A stretch of DNA of 64,000 nucleotides from an uncultured Aliarcobacter sp. (GTDB taxonomy: Bacteria > Campylobacterota > Campylobacteria > Campylobacterales > Arcobacteraceae), in assembly GCA_963677435.1 (NCBI GenBank), contig OY781945.1:864001-928000 (forward strand). Reading direction: 5' to 3'. The first letter of the stretch is position 1, and each line of letters starts with the position of its first letter. The translations under genes and the position numbers were made by a program. Of this stretch, positions 1 to 10,050 are shown piece after piece. The notes beneath the pieces are model-generated. The model did not search any database. It worked only from the letters and a program-made list of their open reading frames with translations, and had not been told where the DNA came from.

Positions 1-1364
1 TGAGTTTTTACAACTCTTTCGATTTCATGTGGAGAAACTCTAAATCCAAAAGTATTGATAATATCATCTTTTCTTCCAATGAACCAAATATACCCATCTG
101 TATCTTTTCTTGCATAATCACCTGTGAAGAAGTATCCATCATGTCTTGATTTTGCAGTTTCATCTTCTAATTGCCAATACTCTAAGAATAATCCTGGATC
201 ATCTTCCCCAATACAAATCATTCCTTCTTCCCCATCTTCTACTTCTTCTAAAGTATCAGGGTCAAGTAGTTTAACTGTATGTCCTGGTTGTACAAATCCT
301 GCACTTCCTGGTCTAATTGGATTAAAAATCGAGTGAGAAATATAATAAGAACATTCGCTCATTCCGATTGCTTCATAAATATCTTGCTCAAATCTTTCTC
401 TCCATAATCCTAACATTTCATCAGATAAATGCTCACCAGCACTCATGCAATATCTTAGGCTTGGACAATCTGAAAGTTTAAAATCAGTTTTTTGAATAAT
501 TTGTCTATAAATTGTTGGAACACCAATAAAAATAGTACATTTATGTTTTTTAATTAAATCAATCCATGTTGATGCATCATTTGCACCTTCATAAGCAATA
601 ACTGTATGACCATTAAATAATGGATCCATTAAAGCTGATCCTAAAACATAAGTCCAGTTAAATTTACCAGAGTGCATGATTCTGTCATTTTCTTTGAAGT
701 TAAACCAAAAATCAGTTGCTGGTTTTCTTCCAACAAGTGATCTGTGAGAGTGTAAAACACCTTTTGGATAACCTGTTGTTCCTGATGTATAAACTAAATA
801 TGCAGGTTCACCTGATTTAGAATTATAGTGATTAGGAGTTTTATCTGTATTTTCAAAAATTTCATTTAATGAATAAACATTAATACCTTTTGGTTTTTTA
901 ATATTTTCAACACTATCAATCCCTGCAATTACAATAGTTTTTAAATTATCAAGGTTTTCTAAGTATGGAACTAAGTTTTCATACATAGAAGCTGATAATA
1001 CAATTGCTCTTGCTTGTGAATCTTCTGCAAGATATTTAACTTCACTACCACTTAAAAGTGTTGAAGTTGGAACTGCAATGATTCCTGCTTTCATAGTTCC
1101 AAAAAAAGAAATAGGGTAAGCTAATGAGTTTTTTAAACATACTAGTACTCTATCTCTTGCTTCTAGACCAATTCCTGTAAAGAAATTACAAACTTGATCA
1201 GATTTAGTAGCTAAATCTTTATAAGTTATTTCATCTGTACCTAATTTATCATCTTCAATAATCATTGCGATACTGTTCTCTTTAGGTGTTCCCACATGAG
1301 AAGAAGTACAAGCAACTCCAATGTTTAAAAATTCAGGTATTTCTATTTTAACGTTTGAACTCAT
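1..1364 (-). CDS. Acyl-CoA synthetase / AMP-binding enzyme (ANL superfamily), 3' end runs off the window
   Basis: Manual translation from ATG at 1364 (GGAG RBS upstream) gives MSSNVKIEIPEFLNIG..., with AMP-binding motif YLVYTSGTTGYPKG, SAGE, YEAIGMSE, FTGD and GRKDD. Missing from the ORF track because the stop codon is outside the window. Confidence 0.9.
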   Translation of the reverse strand, partial: MSSNVKIEIPEFLNIGVACTSSHVGTPKENSIAMIIEDDKLGTDEITYKDLATKSDQVCNFFTGIGLEARDRVLVCLKNSLAYPISFFGTMKAGIIAVPTSTLLSGSEVKYLAEDSQARAIVLSASMYENLVPYLENLDNLKTIVIAGIDSVENIKKPKGINVYSLNEIFENTDKTPNHYNSKSGEPAYLVYTSGTTGYPKGVLHSHRSLVGRKPATDFWFNFKENDRIMHSGKFNWTYVLGSALMDPLFNGHTVIAYEGANDASTWIDLIKKHKCTIFIGVPTIYRQIIQKTDFKLSDCPSLRYCMSAGEHLSDEMLGLWRERFEQDIYEAIGMSECSYYISHSIFNPIRPGSAGFVQPGHTVKLLDPDTLEEVEDGEEGMICIGEDDPGLFLEYWQLEDETAKSRHDGYFFTGDYARKDTDGYIWFIGRKDDIINTFGFRVSPHEIERVVKT

Positions 1365-1379
1365 AATATTTTCTCCCTA

Positions 1380-2516
1380 CTAAATTTGACCGTATGGCCA
1401 GTTTTCTTTAAATGTGTGAATTGGCATTCTATTTAATACAGATAATGCAAATATTTCATCTTCTTTTTCTAAGCTTCTTAATGCGTAAGCTCTTAAAATA
1501 TTTTGTAAAGATTTACCAAACATTGGTGGATCTAACATTTCACCTTCGTATCTAATTGCACCACTTAGTAGCGCATCTGCTTCAATTGCAGCTTTTAAAA
1601 TTCTAATATCTTTTGCAATCTCATTTGGAGATGGAGTAAATGCAACTTTACAGATATTAATGTGATTTGGAGTAATGATTTGTTTACCAGTTAATCCCAT
1701 TGCATTTTCTCTAATTGCATGAGCATAAACATGTCTAGAAGCATCATCACCATGTAAATCTAACCATCTTCTAATATCTTTTTTCTCAACACAAGAATCA
1801 GGTAATGAGTGTGGTGTTAACATAACTTCAACCCCACCAATAACTCCTTTTCCTTTAATTCTAGCTTCCATTGTAAGCATATTAAAGAAAGTTTCTAACT
1901 CATTAATCCATCCTTGAGGAGTGATTTTATAAGCCATTGCTTTAGAAAAGTCATGGATCCCAAATACAACGTGTTTAACAGTTGAGTGTTCCATTAATCT
2001 ATCTGCAATTTGTAAAGATTTTGGATGTTCAATAATTGGTTGAATTGTTAACTTACTTCCGATTGAAATTAACCAAGAAGATAAATCTCTAATTTCAGCA
2101 GATCCATAAACTTCTCCAGCTTTTGCTAAAACAATAACATCAATATATTGGTGGATTTGTTTTAACATTTTTAAATCTTCTTCATACTCTTCAGTTCTAA
2201 ATGGATTAAGTCTGATAGCAATTTGAAAATTTCGCTCAGGAAATTTTGGTAATTCTTGAATTAATAACTCCCTTGACATAGCTTTTTGTCTACAACCATC
2301 TTCTAAGTCGAAAAGAACAGTATGTGCTTTCGTTTTATAAGCGTGTTTTTGTAGTCTTAATTTTGCTTGCTCCATACTTTCATATGTTCCATCAAGTGGA
2401 TTAAATTTGATTGGTGGGTAATATATTTGAATACCAGGCCAATATCCACCAAGAACTGGTGTTAAATCATCATTTGCTGTTAATTTAGATAAATCTATTG
2501 CAGAAGTCATTCTCAT
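1380..2516 (-). CDS. CitE/HpcH-HpaI aldolase-citrate lyase family protein (CoA-ester lyase-like)
   Basis: Motifs FDLEDG, IIEHP, FGIHD, GLTGKQII and GEMLDPP match the CitE/malyl-CoA lyase family pattern. Confidence 0.8.
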   Translation of the reverse strand: MRMTSAIDLSKLTANDDLTPVLGGYWPGIQIYYPPIKFNPLDGTYESMEQAKLRLQKHAYKTKAHTVLFDLEDGCRQKAMSRELLIQELPKFPERNFQIAIRLNPFRTEEYEEDLKMLKQIHQYIDVIVLAKAGEVYGSAEIRDLSSWLISIGSKLTIQPIIEHPKSLQIADRLMEHSTVKHVVFGIHDFSKAMAYKITPQGWINELETFFNMLTMEARIKGKGVIGGVEVMLTPHSLPDSCVEKKDIRRWLDLHGDDASRHVYAHAIRENAMGLTGKQIITPNHINICKVAFTPSPNEIAKDIRILKAAIEADALLSGAIRYEGEMLDPPMFGKSLQNILRAYALRSLEKEDEIFALSVLNRMPIHTFKENWPYGQI

Positions 2517-2793
2517 CTACCTTTCTTTTTATTAATTTTTATTCTTGTTTCTTTATTTTCATCATAATCATTATACTTGAAAACTAACAAGAAAGTTATA
2601 CACCATTTAAAATGAATTGTTTTTATGGGTTTTGAAATAGCAAATAAATTTAAGGTAGAAATCAGGAAAGGACTTAGAGCCTATAAATAGGGAGTTTCAT
2701 AGTTGAAATGTGCTAAAAAAAGCTTTAAATTTATTTAATATGAATAAATGTAAAGTTTAAAAATTAAATAAATTAGAAGAAATTTAGAAAAAC

Positions 2794-3411
2794 TTATGAT
2801 TTTTCTAAATCTTCTATGAAATTTAATTTTCCAAAGTAGTCAAGTAAAAATGGTTTTGACACTTTTTCAAAGCTCTCAATATCTTGATATAAATTGATAT
2901 AAAATTTGAAATCGATGTTTTTAGCTTTTAAAGCATTAATAGAAAGTAGGGTGTCATTTATACCTCCCAGTTTTGATGAGGTGATTAAAATAGCTTCGCA
3001 ATCAAATATTTTTATTAAATCTATAATAAATAGATCTTTTTTAATAGGAACCATTAATCCACCAGCTCCTTCAATAATAAGTACATCACAAAATTGTTCT
3101 AAAAACTTTTTTTTCTCTTTTAAAAATTCAATATCTATAATCGTATTTTCTTTTGCCACATAAGGCGCTGCTGGAAGTTTGAATTGATAAGGAACAACAT
3201 CATTTATTGTTACATCAAAAGAGGGATTTAAAGTTTTTACTAAATTTAGCATTTTAACTCCATCAAGGGGAAAATCAACAACACCTGTTTCAAATGGTTT
3301 GAAATATCCAACTTTGAAACCTTTTTTTGCATAATGTTCTAGAAGTTTTCCACAAGAATAAGTTTTACCTACATCTGTATTTGTAGCACTTACAAATATA
3401 TTTTTTTTCAT
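2794..3411 (-). CDS. bioD: Dethiobiotin synthase
   Basis: ATNTDVGKT P-loop, KPFETG, IEGAGGLMVP and LGGIN motifs. Confidence 0.95.
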   Translation of the reverse strand: MKKNIFVSATNTDVGKTYSCGKLLEHYAKKGFKVGYFKPFETGVVDFPLDGVKMLNLVKTLNPSFDVTINDVVPYQFKLPAAPYVAKENTIIDIEFLKEKKKFLEQFCDVLIIEGAGGLMVPIKKDLFIIDLIKIFDCEAILITSSKLGGINDTLLSINALKAKNIDFKFYINLYQDIESFEKVSKPFLLDYFGKLNFIEDLEKS

Positions 3412-3435
3412 ATTATCTCTTTGATTTTTTGCGAA

Positions 3436-3444
3436 AGTATAACA
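3436..3444 (-). promoter_or_regulatory. Extended -10 promoter element for bioD
   Basis: TGTTATACT (TGn-TATACT) on the minus strand about 25 nt upstream of the bioD ATG, downstream of the batD terminator. Confidence 0.55.
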
Positions 3445-3449
3445 AAATT

Positions 3450-3480
3450 AAAAATAGTGTAACTTGAAAGTTACACTATT
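3450..3480 (-). terminator. Intrinsic terminator of the moxR/bat operon
   Basis: 12-bp inverted repeat AATAGTGTAACT-4nt-AGTTACACTATT overlapping the batD stop, followed by T residues on the minus strand. Confidence 0.7.
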
Positions 3481-4997
3481 TCATCTTCAAAGAAATTCAT
3501 TAATTCATTTCTATCAATTTTGTTGTTTGCATTTTTATAAAGATTCTCTTCAAGTTTATTAAGAGTCTCTCCAATAAGTCTGTTTTTTTTGCTATAAGGT
3601 AATAAAAGTTCAAAGAGTTCTTTGTCATTTTTGGCTTTTTTTATTGCTTTTACAATATCTTTTTCAACTTTTTTGTCTGTTTTTTTATTTCTAAAAAGTA
3701 GAACTAATATCAAAATAGCAGCTAAAACAACAAGAGCTAAAACTATATAGTTTATATTTTTATCTTCTTTTATATTTGGAGTTTCTTTACTATTATTTGA
3801 AACAATAGGCGTATTGTTTGAAGTTTCAATTTTTACAGCATTGTTATTTGGATTACTATTTTTAACTTTTATATCTATGGGTTCTGAATAGATAGTTTTA
3901 ACTTGTTTTGTATTTTTATCAAAATAAGTCAAAGAAATTTTTGGAATAGTGTAATCATTTTGGGCAACGAAGGCTATTTTTTGAGAAAAGTCTCCTTTAT
4001 ATTCTTTATCTTCAAAAGCTGAATCAATTTTTGGTTCATCAGCATAACTCACCACATTATTTATAGTTAAATTGAATTTTTGAATATCATCAATATTTCC
4101 AGCACCATTAATATCAATAGTTAGATTTACAGGTTGATTCGCTTCAACTAAAGTTTTATCAACAGTTGCTTTTAAAGTGTAATCCCCAAAAAGTTCTAAA
4201 TTATTTGGTAAAGGTTTAACTGATATATGTAAATCATTTGAATAAACTTTTTGCCATTTAATTGTACTTGTCATTGAATCAAAAAATTGGTCTTTAAAAA
4301 ATGGATCATTAAAAAAATCATTTGCCATTTTTTGTTTAAAAGCTTTTCCAATATCCGCTTCTATAGATTTTAAGTCATACTCTCCTGATTTTTGTGGGAA
4401 TAAAAGATATTTTTGAGTAAAAACTATATAATCTTTATCACTACTTTTTTCAACATCACCTACTTTTTTTATCCAAAAGTTTTCAAGTTTTGGGTCACTG
4501 ATTTGAAGTTTATCAATTTTAGAATCAAGTTTATATTTAAACATTACATCTAAATTAATTGATTCTCCAACTTTTACTTCTGTTTTATCTGCTTTTATTT
4601 GAATTACAAAATCTTCACCTTCTTTACTGGCGCTTGGTTGTAAAACTGAGATTTTTTGAGGATTTGTTGTATAGGTTTTTCCATCAACTTTTACCTCAAA
4701 AGCTGGAATTGTCACATCTTTTGTTGGAGCAAAACTATAGGTATTTGATATTTTTTTAGAATAGTTTCCATTTATAATAGTTGTTGAAGAAGATGAAGAT
4801 CTATTAATTATATTATAACTATCAATTGTATTAATTGTTGGAAACTCAACATCACCATCACTACTTGAAGTAATTGTAAAACTGGCTAATTCTCCTGCAT
4901 AAATTGCAGGTGAATTTACAGTTAATTTAACATCAGCTAATAATCCTGTAAGAAGGAATATCCAAAATATAAATATTTTACCAAGGTTGTTTTTCAT
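3471..4997 (-). CDS. batD: BatD-family protein (signal peptide, beta-rich repeats, C-terminal TM)
   Basis: Signal peptide, SSSSTTIING motif, C-terminal TM helix and last position in the MoxR-DUF58-vWA-vWA-TPR operon. Confidence 0.85.
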   Translation of the reverse strand: MKNNLGKIFIFWIFLLTGLLADVKLTVNSPAIYAGELASFTITSSSDGDVEFPTINTIDSYNIINRSSSSSTTIINGNYSKKISNTYSFAPTKDVTIPAFEVKVDGKTYTTNPQKISVLQPSASKEGEDFVIQIKADKTEVKVGESINLDVMFKYKLDSKIDKLQISDPKLENFWIKKVGDVEKSSDKDYIVFTQKYLLFPQKSGEYDLKSIEADIGKAFKQKMANDFFNDPFFKDQFFDSMTSTIKWQKVYSNDLHISVKPLPNNLELFGDYTLKATVDKTLVEANQPVNLTIDINGAGNIDDIQKFNLTINNVVSYADEPKIDSAFEDKEYKGDFSQKIAFVAQNDYTIPKISLTYFDKNTKQVKTIYSEPIDIKVKNSNPNNNAVKIETSNNTPIVSNNSKETPNIKEDKNINYIVLALVVLAAILILVLLFRNKKTDKKVEKDIVKAIKKAKNDKELFELLLPYSKKNRLIGETLNKLEENLYKNANNKIDRNELMNFFEDEIV

Positions 4998-5850
4998 TAT
5001 TATCTCCTTTTGTTAATGGAAGTAAAAGTGTATTTATCTCTCTATCATTTAGAAGTTTTTGCCATTTTCTCTCTTCCATATTGCTAATTGGTTGCTCTTT
5101 CACTGCAGAGGCTTGATTTTCATTTTTGTCGCTGTTTTCATCTTTTTTCAAATCTTGAGCTTTTGCCTCTTGTTTTTGTTCATTTTGAGTATTTTGTTGC
5201 TCATTTTGTTTGCTTTTATCTTCTTGAGCTTTATTTTCATTTTGTTTTTGATTATTTTGCTCATTTTGTTTTTGTTTGTCTTGCTGTTTGTCTTGTTCAT
5301 TTTTTTGATTTTGATTGCCATTTTGTTCATTTTTTTGTTGGTTTTGATTTTGGCTATCTTGTTTTTTATCTTGATTATTTTTATCCTGTTGTTTATTGTC
5401 CTGTTGTTTATTGTCTTTTTTATCTTGTTGCTTTTTATTATCTTGATTCTTTTTTTGTTCCTCTTTTTTCTTTTTCAAAAGTTCAAGATTATATTTAGCA
5501 TCTTCATCATCTTTTATTTTTAAAGCATCTTCATAACTTTTTATGGCTTTATCTGTATCTTTTAAATTAGCATAAGAATTTCCCATATTATAAAGTTTGT
5601 CAAACTCTAAATCTTTATTTGAAATTGATGAATAAGCTTTTAATGCTTCATCATATTTTTTTGCTTTGTATAAAGAGTCAGCTTCATTAAATTTTGATTC
5701 ATCACTATTTACCTTTGAGTAAGAATCTGCTGCTTTTTCATAATCTTTGCTTTCATAAGCTTTTTTTGCATCATCTAAATGTTTAAAATCAAAAACCGAA
5801 GCCCATGAAAAAGAAAAAGCAATAAAAATTAGAAATATAAATATTCTCAT
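4978..5850 (-). CDS. TPR protein with Q/N/K-rich tail (BatC-like)
   Basis: TPR motifs (YNMGNSY, AKYNLELLKK), low-complexity tail, position in the bat operon. Confidence 0.85.
   Translation of the reverse strand: MRIFIFLIFIAFSFSWASVFDFKHLDDAKKAYESKDYEKAADSYSKVNSDESKFNEADSLYKAKKYDEALKAYSSISNKDLEFDKLYNMGNSYANLKDTDKAIKSYEDALKIKDDEDAKYNLELLKKKKEEQKKNQDNKKQQDKKDNKQQDNKQQDKNNQDKKQDSQNQNQQKNEQNGNQNQKNEQDKQQDKQKQNEQNNQKQNENKAQEDKSKQNEQQNTQNEQKQEAKAQDLKKDENSDKNENQASAVKEQPISNMEERKWQKLLNDREINTLLLPLTKGDNNEKQPW
5386..5415. repeat. Two exact tandem copies of a 15-bp unit within the BatC-like low-complexity tail
   Basis: CTGTTGTTTATTGTC x2, encoding DNKQQ DNKQQ, within degenerate similar repeats. Confidence 0.8.
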
Positions 5851-6791
5851 GATGCTCTCCTTGGAAGTGAAAAAATTCCCATAAAAAATAGGATAAGTGC
5901 TAGAGTTAATGGATAAATAAACAACTCTTTTTCATCTTTGATTACATCTTCTTTGCTCTCTTGGGCTTTGTAATTATTGTTTATAATTTCACTTAATTGT
6001 TTTATATCATCTTGATTTAATGATTGTTTTAAATATGCTCCATTTGTATCTAAAGCTAATTTTTTAATATTTTCATTTAGTTTTACTAAAACAGCATTGT
6101 CCTTGTCATCTTTGATAATTCCACCTTTTTCAGTTCCCACATTGTAAACATAAACAGTGATATTGTGGGTTTTTGCATAAGCTATCTCATCTTGAAAATT
6201 ATCTTCATTTCCACCATCTGTAAAAAGAAGAAGAATTTTATTTTTTTCATCTTTTAATAAATCATCTGTAACTTCTAAAACTGATTTGATATTTGTACCT
6301 TTTAAATTTAGATAATCAAATCTTAGATTTTTTACCAAAAACTTCAAAGAGTTAAAATCCTCAGTCAAAGGTGAAATCAAAAAAGTTTGAGAACTAAATC
6401 CCACAAGTCCCACTCTAATATTTTTTAACTCATCTAAAAATGAGAAGAGTTTATTTTTTTCAAACTCAAATCTATTTGGATAAATATCATCTGCCATCAT
6501 TGATTTTGAAATATCCACTGCCACTAACATATCCACAAAACTTGACTTTATTTTTATCTCACCATTTTGCATTACAGGTCTTGCAAGTGCAAAAATTATA
6601 CAAACAAAAGAGAAAATCAATATAACAGCTCTTGTTTTTTTTGAGAATCTATTGTTTTTGAACTCTATTTTTTTAAATACTTCAGCTGAAAATTGTCCTA
6701 AAACAAACTCTTTTCTTTTGCTTATTAGATAAATTAGAGGAATTATCAAAAGAAGTAGATATAAAAACTCTATATTTTTAAAATAAAACAT
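5847..6791 (-). CDS. batB: vWA-domain protein (BatB-like)
   Basis: MIDAS DISKS, ALARP, PLTED and FTDG motifs, N- and C-terminal TM segments. Confidence 0.8.
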   Translation of the reverse strand: MFYFKNIEFLYLLLLIIPLIYLISKRKEFVLGQFSAEVFKKIEFKNNRFSKKTRAVILIFSFVCIIFALARPVMQNGEIKIKSSFVDMLVAVDISKSMMADDIYPNRFEFEKNKLFSFLDELKNIRVGLVGFSSQTFLISPLTEDFNSLKFLVKNLRFDYLNLKGTNIKSVLEVTDDLLKDEKNKILLLFTDGGNEDNFQDEIAYAKTHNITVYVYNVGTEKGGIIKDDKDNAVLVKLNENIKKLALDTNGAYLKQSLNQDDIKQLSEIINNNYKAQESKEDVIKDEKELFIYPLTLALILFFMGIFSLPRRAS

Positions 6792-6793
6792 GC

Positions 6794-7687
6794 TTACTCC
6801 TTATTTGACATATAAAAATATGCCATGAAAAATAGCATTGCTAAAGCTAAAAAGTATTGATAGAAATATGTTTTTTTCACGTATTTATCAGCTTTTATTT
6901 CACTTTTTTCTAATTTATTAATTGTTGAATATATATCTTTTAAACCTTGAATCGTATCAGCATAAAAATATTTTGCATCGGTTTGTTTAGCTATTTCTTG
7001 TAATACTGCTGGATTGAAATCTCCAGGCGTTCCAACACCAATTGTATAGACTTTTATTCCATATTTTTTAGCTGTATTTATTGCCACATCTAAAGGAATA
7101 GTATCTGTGTTGTCCATTCCATCTGTTAAAAGTATTGCAATTTTGTTTTTTGATTTACTTGTTTTAAACAGATTTGAGCTTAAAAAAAGTGCTTCATTTA
7201 AAGCTGTTCTTTGTCGTCCTGCGATTCCAACTTCAATTTTACTTAATAATCTTTTTATGCTATTTTTATCATAAGTCAAAGGAATTGCCACATAAGCAAA
7301 ATCTGCAAAAATACTTAAACCTAAACGGTCATGTTCTCTTTCATTTACGAAATCTGTCACTATATCTTTTACAATGCCAAATTTATTTGCTTCTTGCATT
7401 GAACCACTGGCATCTAAAATAAGTGATATTTCATAACCTTTATCATTTTTTATTTCAATATTATTCTCTTTTATTGGTGAACTCAAAGCTATAACTAAAG
7501 ATAAAACAGTTAAAAATTTTAGACTGTTTATTAGAAGCATTGAACTTTTTGAGGCTTTTTCTAACAAGGCAATATTAGGAAAATAAAAAGAGATACCTTT
7601 TGTTTTGCAAAATTTTAAACATATAAAAAAGAGTATTAATATTAAAAAAGCATAAGGGTATTCAAATGTATAGTTTAAAAAATTCAT
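6794..7687 (-). CDS. batA: vWA-domain protein (BatA-like)
   Basis: MIDAS DASGS, PLTYD, LLTDG and KVYTIGVG motifs. Confidence 0.8.
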   Translation of the reverse strand: MNFLNYTFEYPYAFLILILFFICLKFCKTKGISFYFPNIALLEKASKSSMLLINSLKFLTVLSLVIALSSPIKENNIEIKNDKGYEISLILDASGSMQEANKFGIVKDIVTDFVNEREHDRLGLSIFADFAYVAIPLTYDKNSIKRLLSKIEVGIAGRQRTALNEALFLSSNLFKTSKSKNKIAILLTDGMDNTDTIPLDVAINTAKKYGIKVYTIGVGTPGDFNPAVLQEIAKQTDAKYFYADTIQGLKDIYSTINKLEKSEIKADKYVKKTYFYQYFLALAMLFFMAYFYMSNKE

Positions 7688-8061
7688 TTAATCTCCTTTA
7701 TCATGCTTTTTATTCTATTTATTTCTTCATCTGAGAGTTTTTCTATCTCTTTTTTATATTTAAATATTTCCAATTCTTTTTGTAATTTTTCAAAAGATTC
7801 TTCATTTTTTTCATCTATAAAGTATTGGAAATTTTCGCAAAAAGTATAAACTGCATCTTTTGTATCATCAAAATCTATCTTTTTTAAATTTTTCATTGCA
7901 ATTTGTTTTGATGTTAGTCTTTTTCTCTTTTTTCTTCTATTTTTAAAAAAATAGATTGCTAAGATTAAAAAAACTAGTACACCAGTAGTCATGCTTAGTA
8001 AAATCCAAAGGGAATAATCAGGAACTTCGATAATTCCTTTTATATCTTTTAATTCTTCCAC
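7684..8061 (-). CDS. Small single-TM protein of MoxR/Bat operons (DUF4381-like)
   Basis: LKDIK N-terminus, one TM followed by a basic stretch, overlap with the next gene. Confidence 0.65.
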   Translation of the reverse strand: MEELKDIKGIIEVPDYSLWILLSMTTGVLVFLILAIYFFKNRRKKRKRLTSKQIAMKNLKKIDFDDTKDAVYTFCENFQYFIDEKNEESFEKLQKELEIFKYKKEIEKLSDEEINRIKSMIKEIK

Positions 8062-8063
8062 AT

Positions 8064-8894
8064 TTATCCTTTTATAATTTGTGATAATCGCAGGAAAATA
8101 TCATCATCTGTGTATATTTTCCCATGGGTGATTCTGTGTTTAAGAAAATGTTCTTCAAGTTGTTCATCTTGTAAATCTAAAAGTTCTTTATATTTTTTTG
8201 CAACATTTTTTGTAATATTAAATTCACTACTTTTAAGATTTGTTGCATTTACAAGTTCGTATTCACCATTTAATAAAGGGTATTCTTCTAATCTATCTCG
8301 TACTATTAATGCATAAACATCATTTGTATAAGCAATTTCGCTTAAATCCACATCTCCATAAAAATCACCAACTACAAAGATAACTGATCGCTGTTTCATT
8401 GTATTATTTACATAATCACAAAAACTTTTATAATTTACTTCTTTTTTTATACATTTAATCTGCAACGCATCTTGAATGAGTTTATACATAATTGTCTCAT
8501 CATAAGTTGGTTCATAAAATATTTCACTTTTATTACTAAAAAAAATAGGAAAAAGTAAATCATGATTATAAATAGATGAAAAACCAAGTAGGGCGATAAT
8601 CTCAGTTGCAATATCTTGTTTCATATTAACAGAACCAAACTCTAAACTTCCATTTATCAAAAAAGCCACAATAATATTTAATTGTCTACTCTCATCAAAT
8701 ACATTTACTTTTAAAGAGTTACTTTTAGCTGTTGCTTTCCAATTGATATTTTTAATATTGTCGCCATAGCTGTACTCTTTAATCTCTTTAAAATCTAAAC
8801 CTTCACCTTTTAGAGAAGTCAATTGTCCACCAAGATTTGAATTAAAAATATTTGTTTTGGCTTTTATTATTATCTCTTTTGCTTTATCATACAT
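8064..8894 (-). CDS. DUF58 domain protein
   Basis: GEGLDFKEIKEYSYGD...INWKATAK motif, directly after moxR. Confidence 0.9.
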   Translation of the reverse strand: MYDKAKEIIIKAKTNIFNSNLGGQLTSLKGEGLDFKEIKEYSYGDNIKNINWKATAKSNSLKVNVFDESRQLNIIVAFLINGSLEFGSVNMKQDIATEIIALLGFSSIYNHDLLFPIFFSNKSEIFYEPTYDETIMYKLIQDALQIKCIKKEVNYKSFCDYVNNTMKQRSVIFVVGDFYGDVDLSEIAYTNDVYALIVRDRLEEYPLLNGEYELVNATNLKSSEFNITKNVAKKYKELLDLQDEQLEEHFLKHRITHGKIYTDDDIFLRLSQIIKG

Positions 8895-8911
8895 TTTATT
8901 GCTCCTTTTAC

Positions 8912-9859
8912 TTAAGGAGTTTTGATTTTTTGAATAATTTTTTCAATAATATAATCAGTTGTAATTCCATTTGCTCTGGCTTTAAAGTTAAGAATTAATC
9001 TATGTCTTAATACACCTTTTAAAACATAAGAGATATCTAAAGGAGTTACATAATCTTTTCCTCTTATCAAAGCTGTTGCAAGACTTGCTTTATATAAATC
9101 AATAGAAGCTCTTGGACTTGCTCCAAACTCAATATATTCTGCAATTTCATGTAAATCATAATCTTTTGGATCTCTTGTTGCAAAAATTAGTTTTGTCATA
9201 TAGTTTTTTACAGCAGTATCAACATGAATCTCTTTTAATGACTCTTTCATTTTTATAATATCATCAACACTTGCAACTGATTCAATTTGTTCAAATCCTT
9301 TTATGGCAACTCTATTTACGATTTCAATCTCTTCATCAAAAGTGTTGTATCCAACTAATACTTTCATCATAAACCTATCAAGTTGCGCTTCTGGAAGTCT
9401 GTACGCTCCCTCTTGTTCAACTGGATTTTCCGTTGCCATTACCAAAAAAGGACTTGGAGATTTAAAAGTTGTATCTGAAATAGTGATTTGTCTCTCTTGC
9501 ATTACTTCTAAAAGTGCTGCTTGAACTTTTGCTGGTGCTCTATTTATCTCATCTGCAAGTAATAAATTTGTAAAAGCAGGTCCTTTTTTTATAGAAAATT
9601 CTCCACTTTTTGGGTTATAAATTTCAGTTCCCGTTATATCACTTGGAAGTAAATCAGGAGTGAATTGGATTCTTTTAAAATCTATTCCTAAAGCTTGAGC
9701 TAGGGCATTAATAGCAGTTGTTTTTGCAAGGCCTGGAACACCTTCCACTAAAATGTGTCCACTTGCAATAAGTCCTATAAGTAAAGAGTCAATTAATTCC
9801 TCTTGACCAACAATAACTTTTTTCATTTCATTTTTGATATTTTGTATTAGGATGTTCAT
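8912..9859 (-). CDS. moxR: MoxR-family AAA+ ATPase
   Basis: GVPGLAKT, RIQFTPDLLPSD, DEINRAPAKVQ and LPEAQLDRF motifs. Confidence 0.95.
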   Translation of the reverse strand: MNILIQNIKNEMKKVIVGQEELIDSLLIGLIASGHILVEGVPGLAKTTAINALAQALGIDFKRIQFTPDLLPSDITGTEIYNPKSGEFSIKKGPAFTNLLLADEINRAPAKVQAALLEVMQERQITISDTTFKSPSPFLVMATENPVEQEGAYRLPEAQLDRFMMKVLVGYNTFDEEIEIVNRVAIKGFEQIESVASVDDIIKMKESLKEIHVDTAVKNYMTKLIFATRDPKDYDLHEIAEYIEFGASPRASIDLYKASLATALIRGKDYVTPLDISYVLKGVLRHRLILNFKARANGITTDYIIEKIIQKIKTP

Positions 9860-10050
9860 TTAATACCTTTTTATTTGAATTATTTTTGTGTATTTAGCAG
9901 TATAATTGATGTGGGTAAATAGAGCATTAATAGTAAGATAATCAGGTATTAATAATTCATTAATACAATTATGGAAATATTTTTTATTTTAATTATTGCT
10001 TTTTTATTATAATATAAGAGACATAATAATTATTATAACAAAGGTTTGAA

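Noticed and set aside
2640..2710. Purine-rich intergenic patch with CCTATAAATAGG palindrome, possible sRNA or riboswitch
   Set aside because: There is only a short palindrome and no recognisable aptamer or terminator, which is insufficient support.
5059..5523. Long hydrophobic plus-strand ORFs (154 aa and 136 aa)
   Set aside because: They are antisense shadows of the Q/N/K-rich low-complexity tail of the BatC-like gene, with no RBS.
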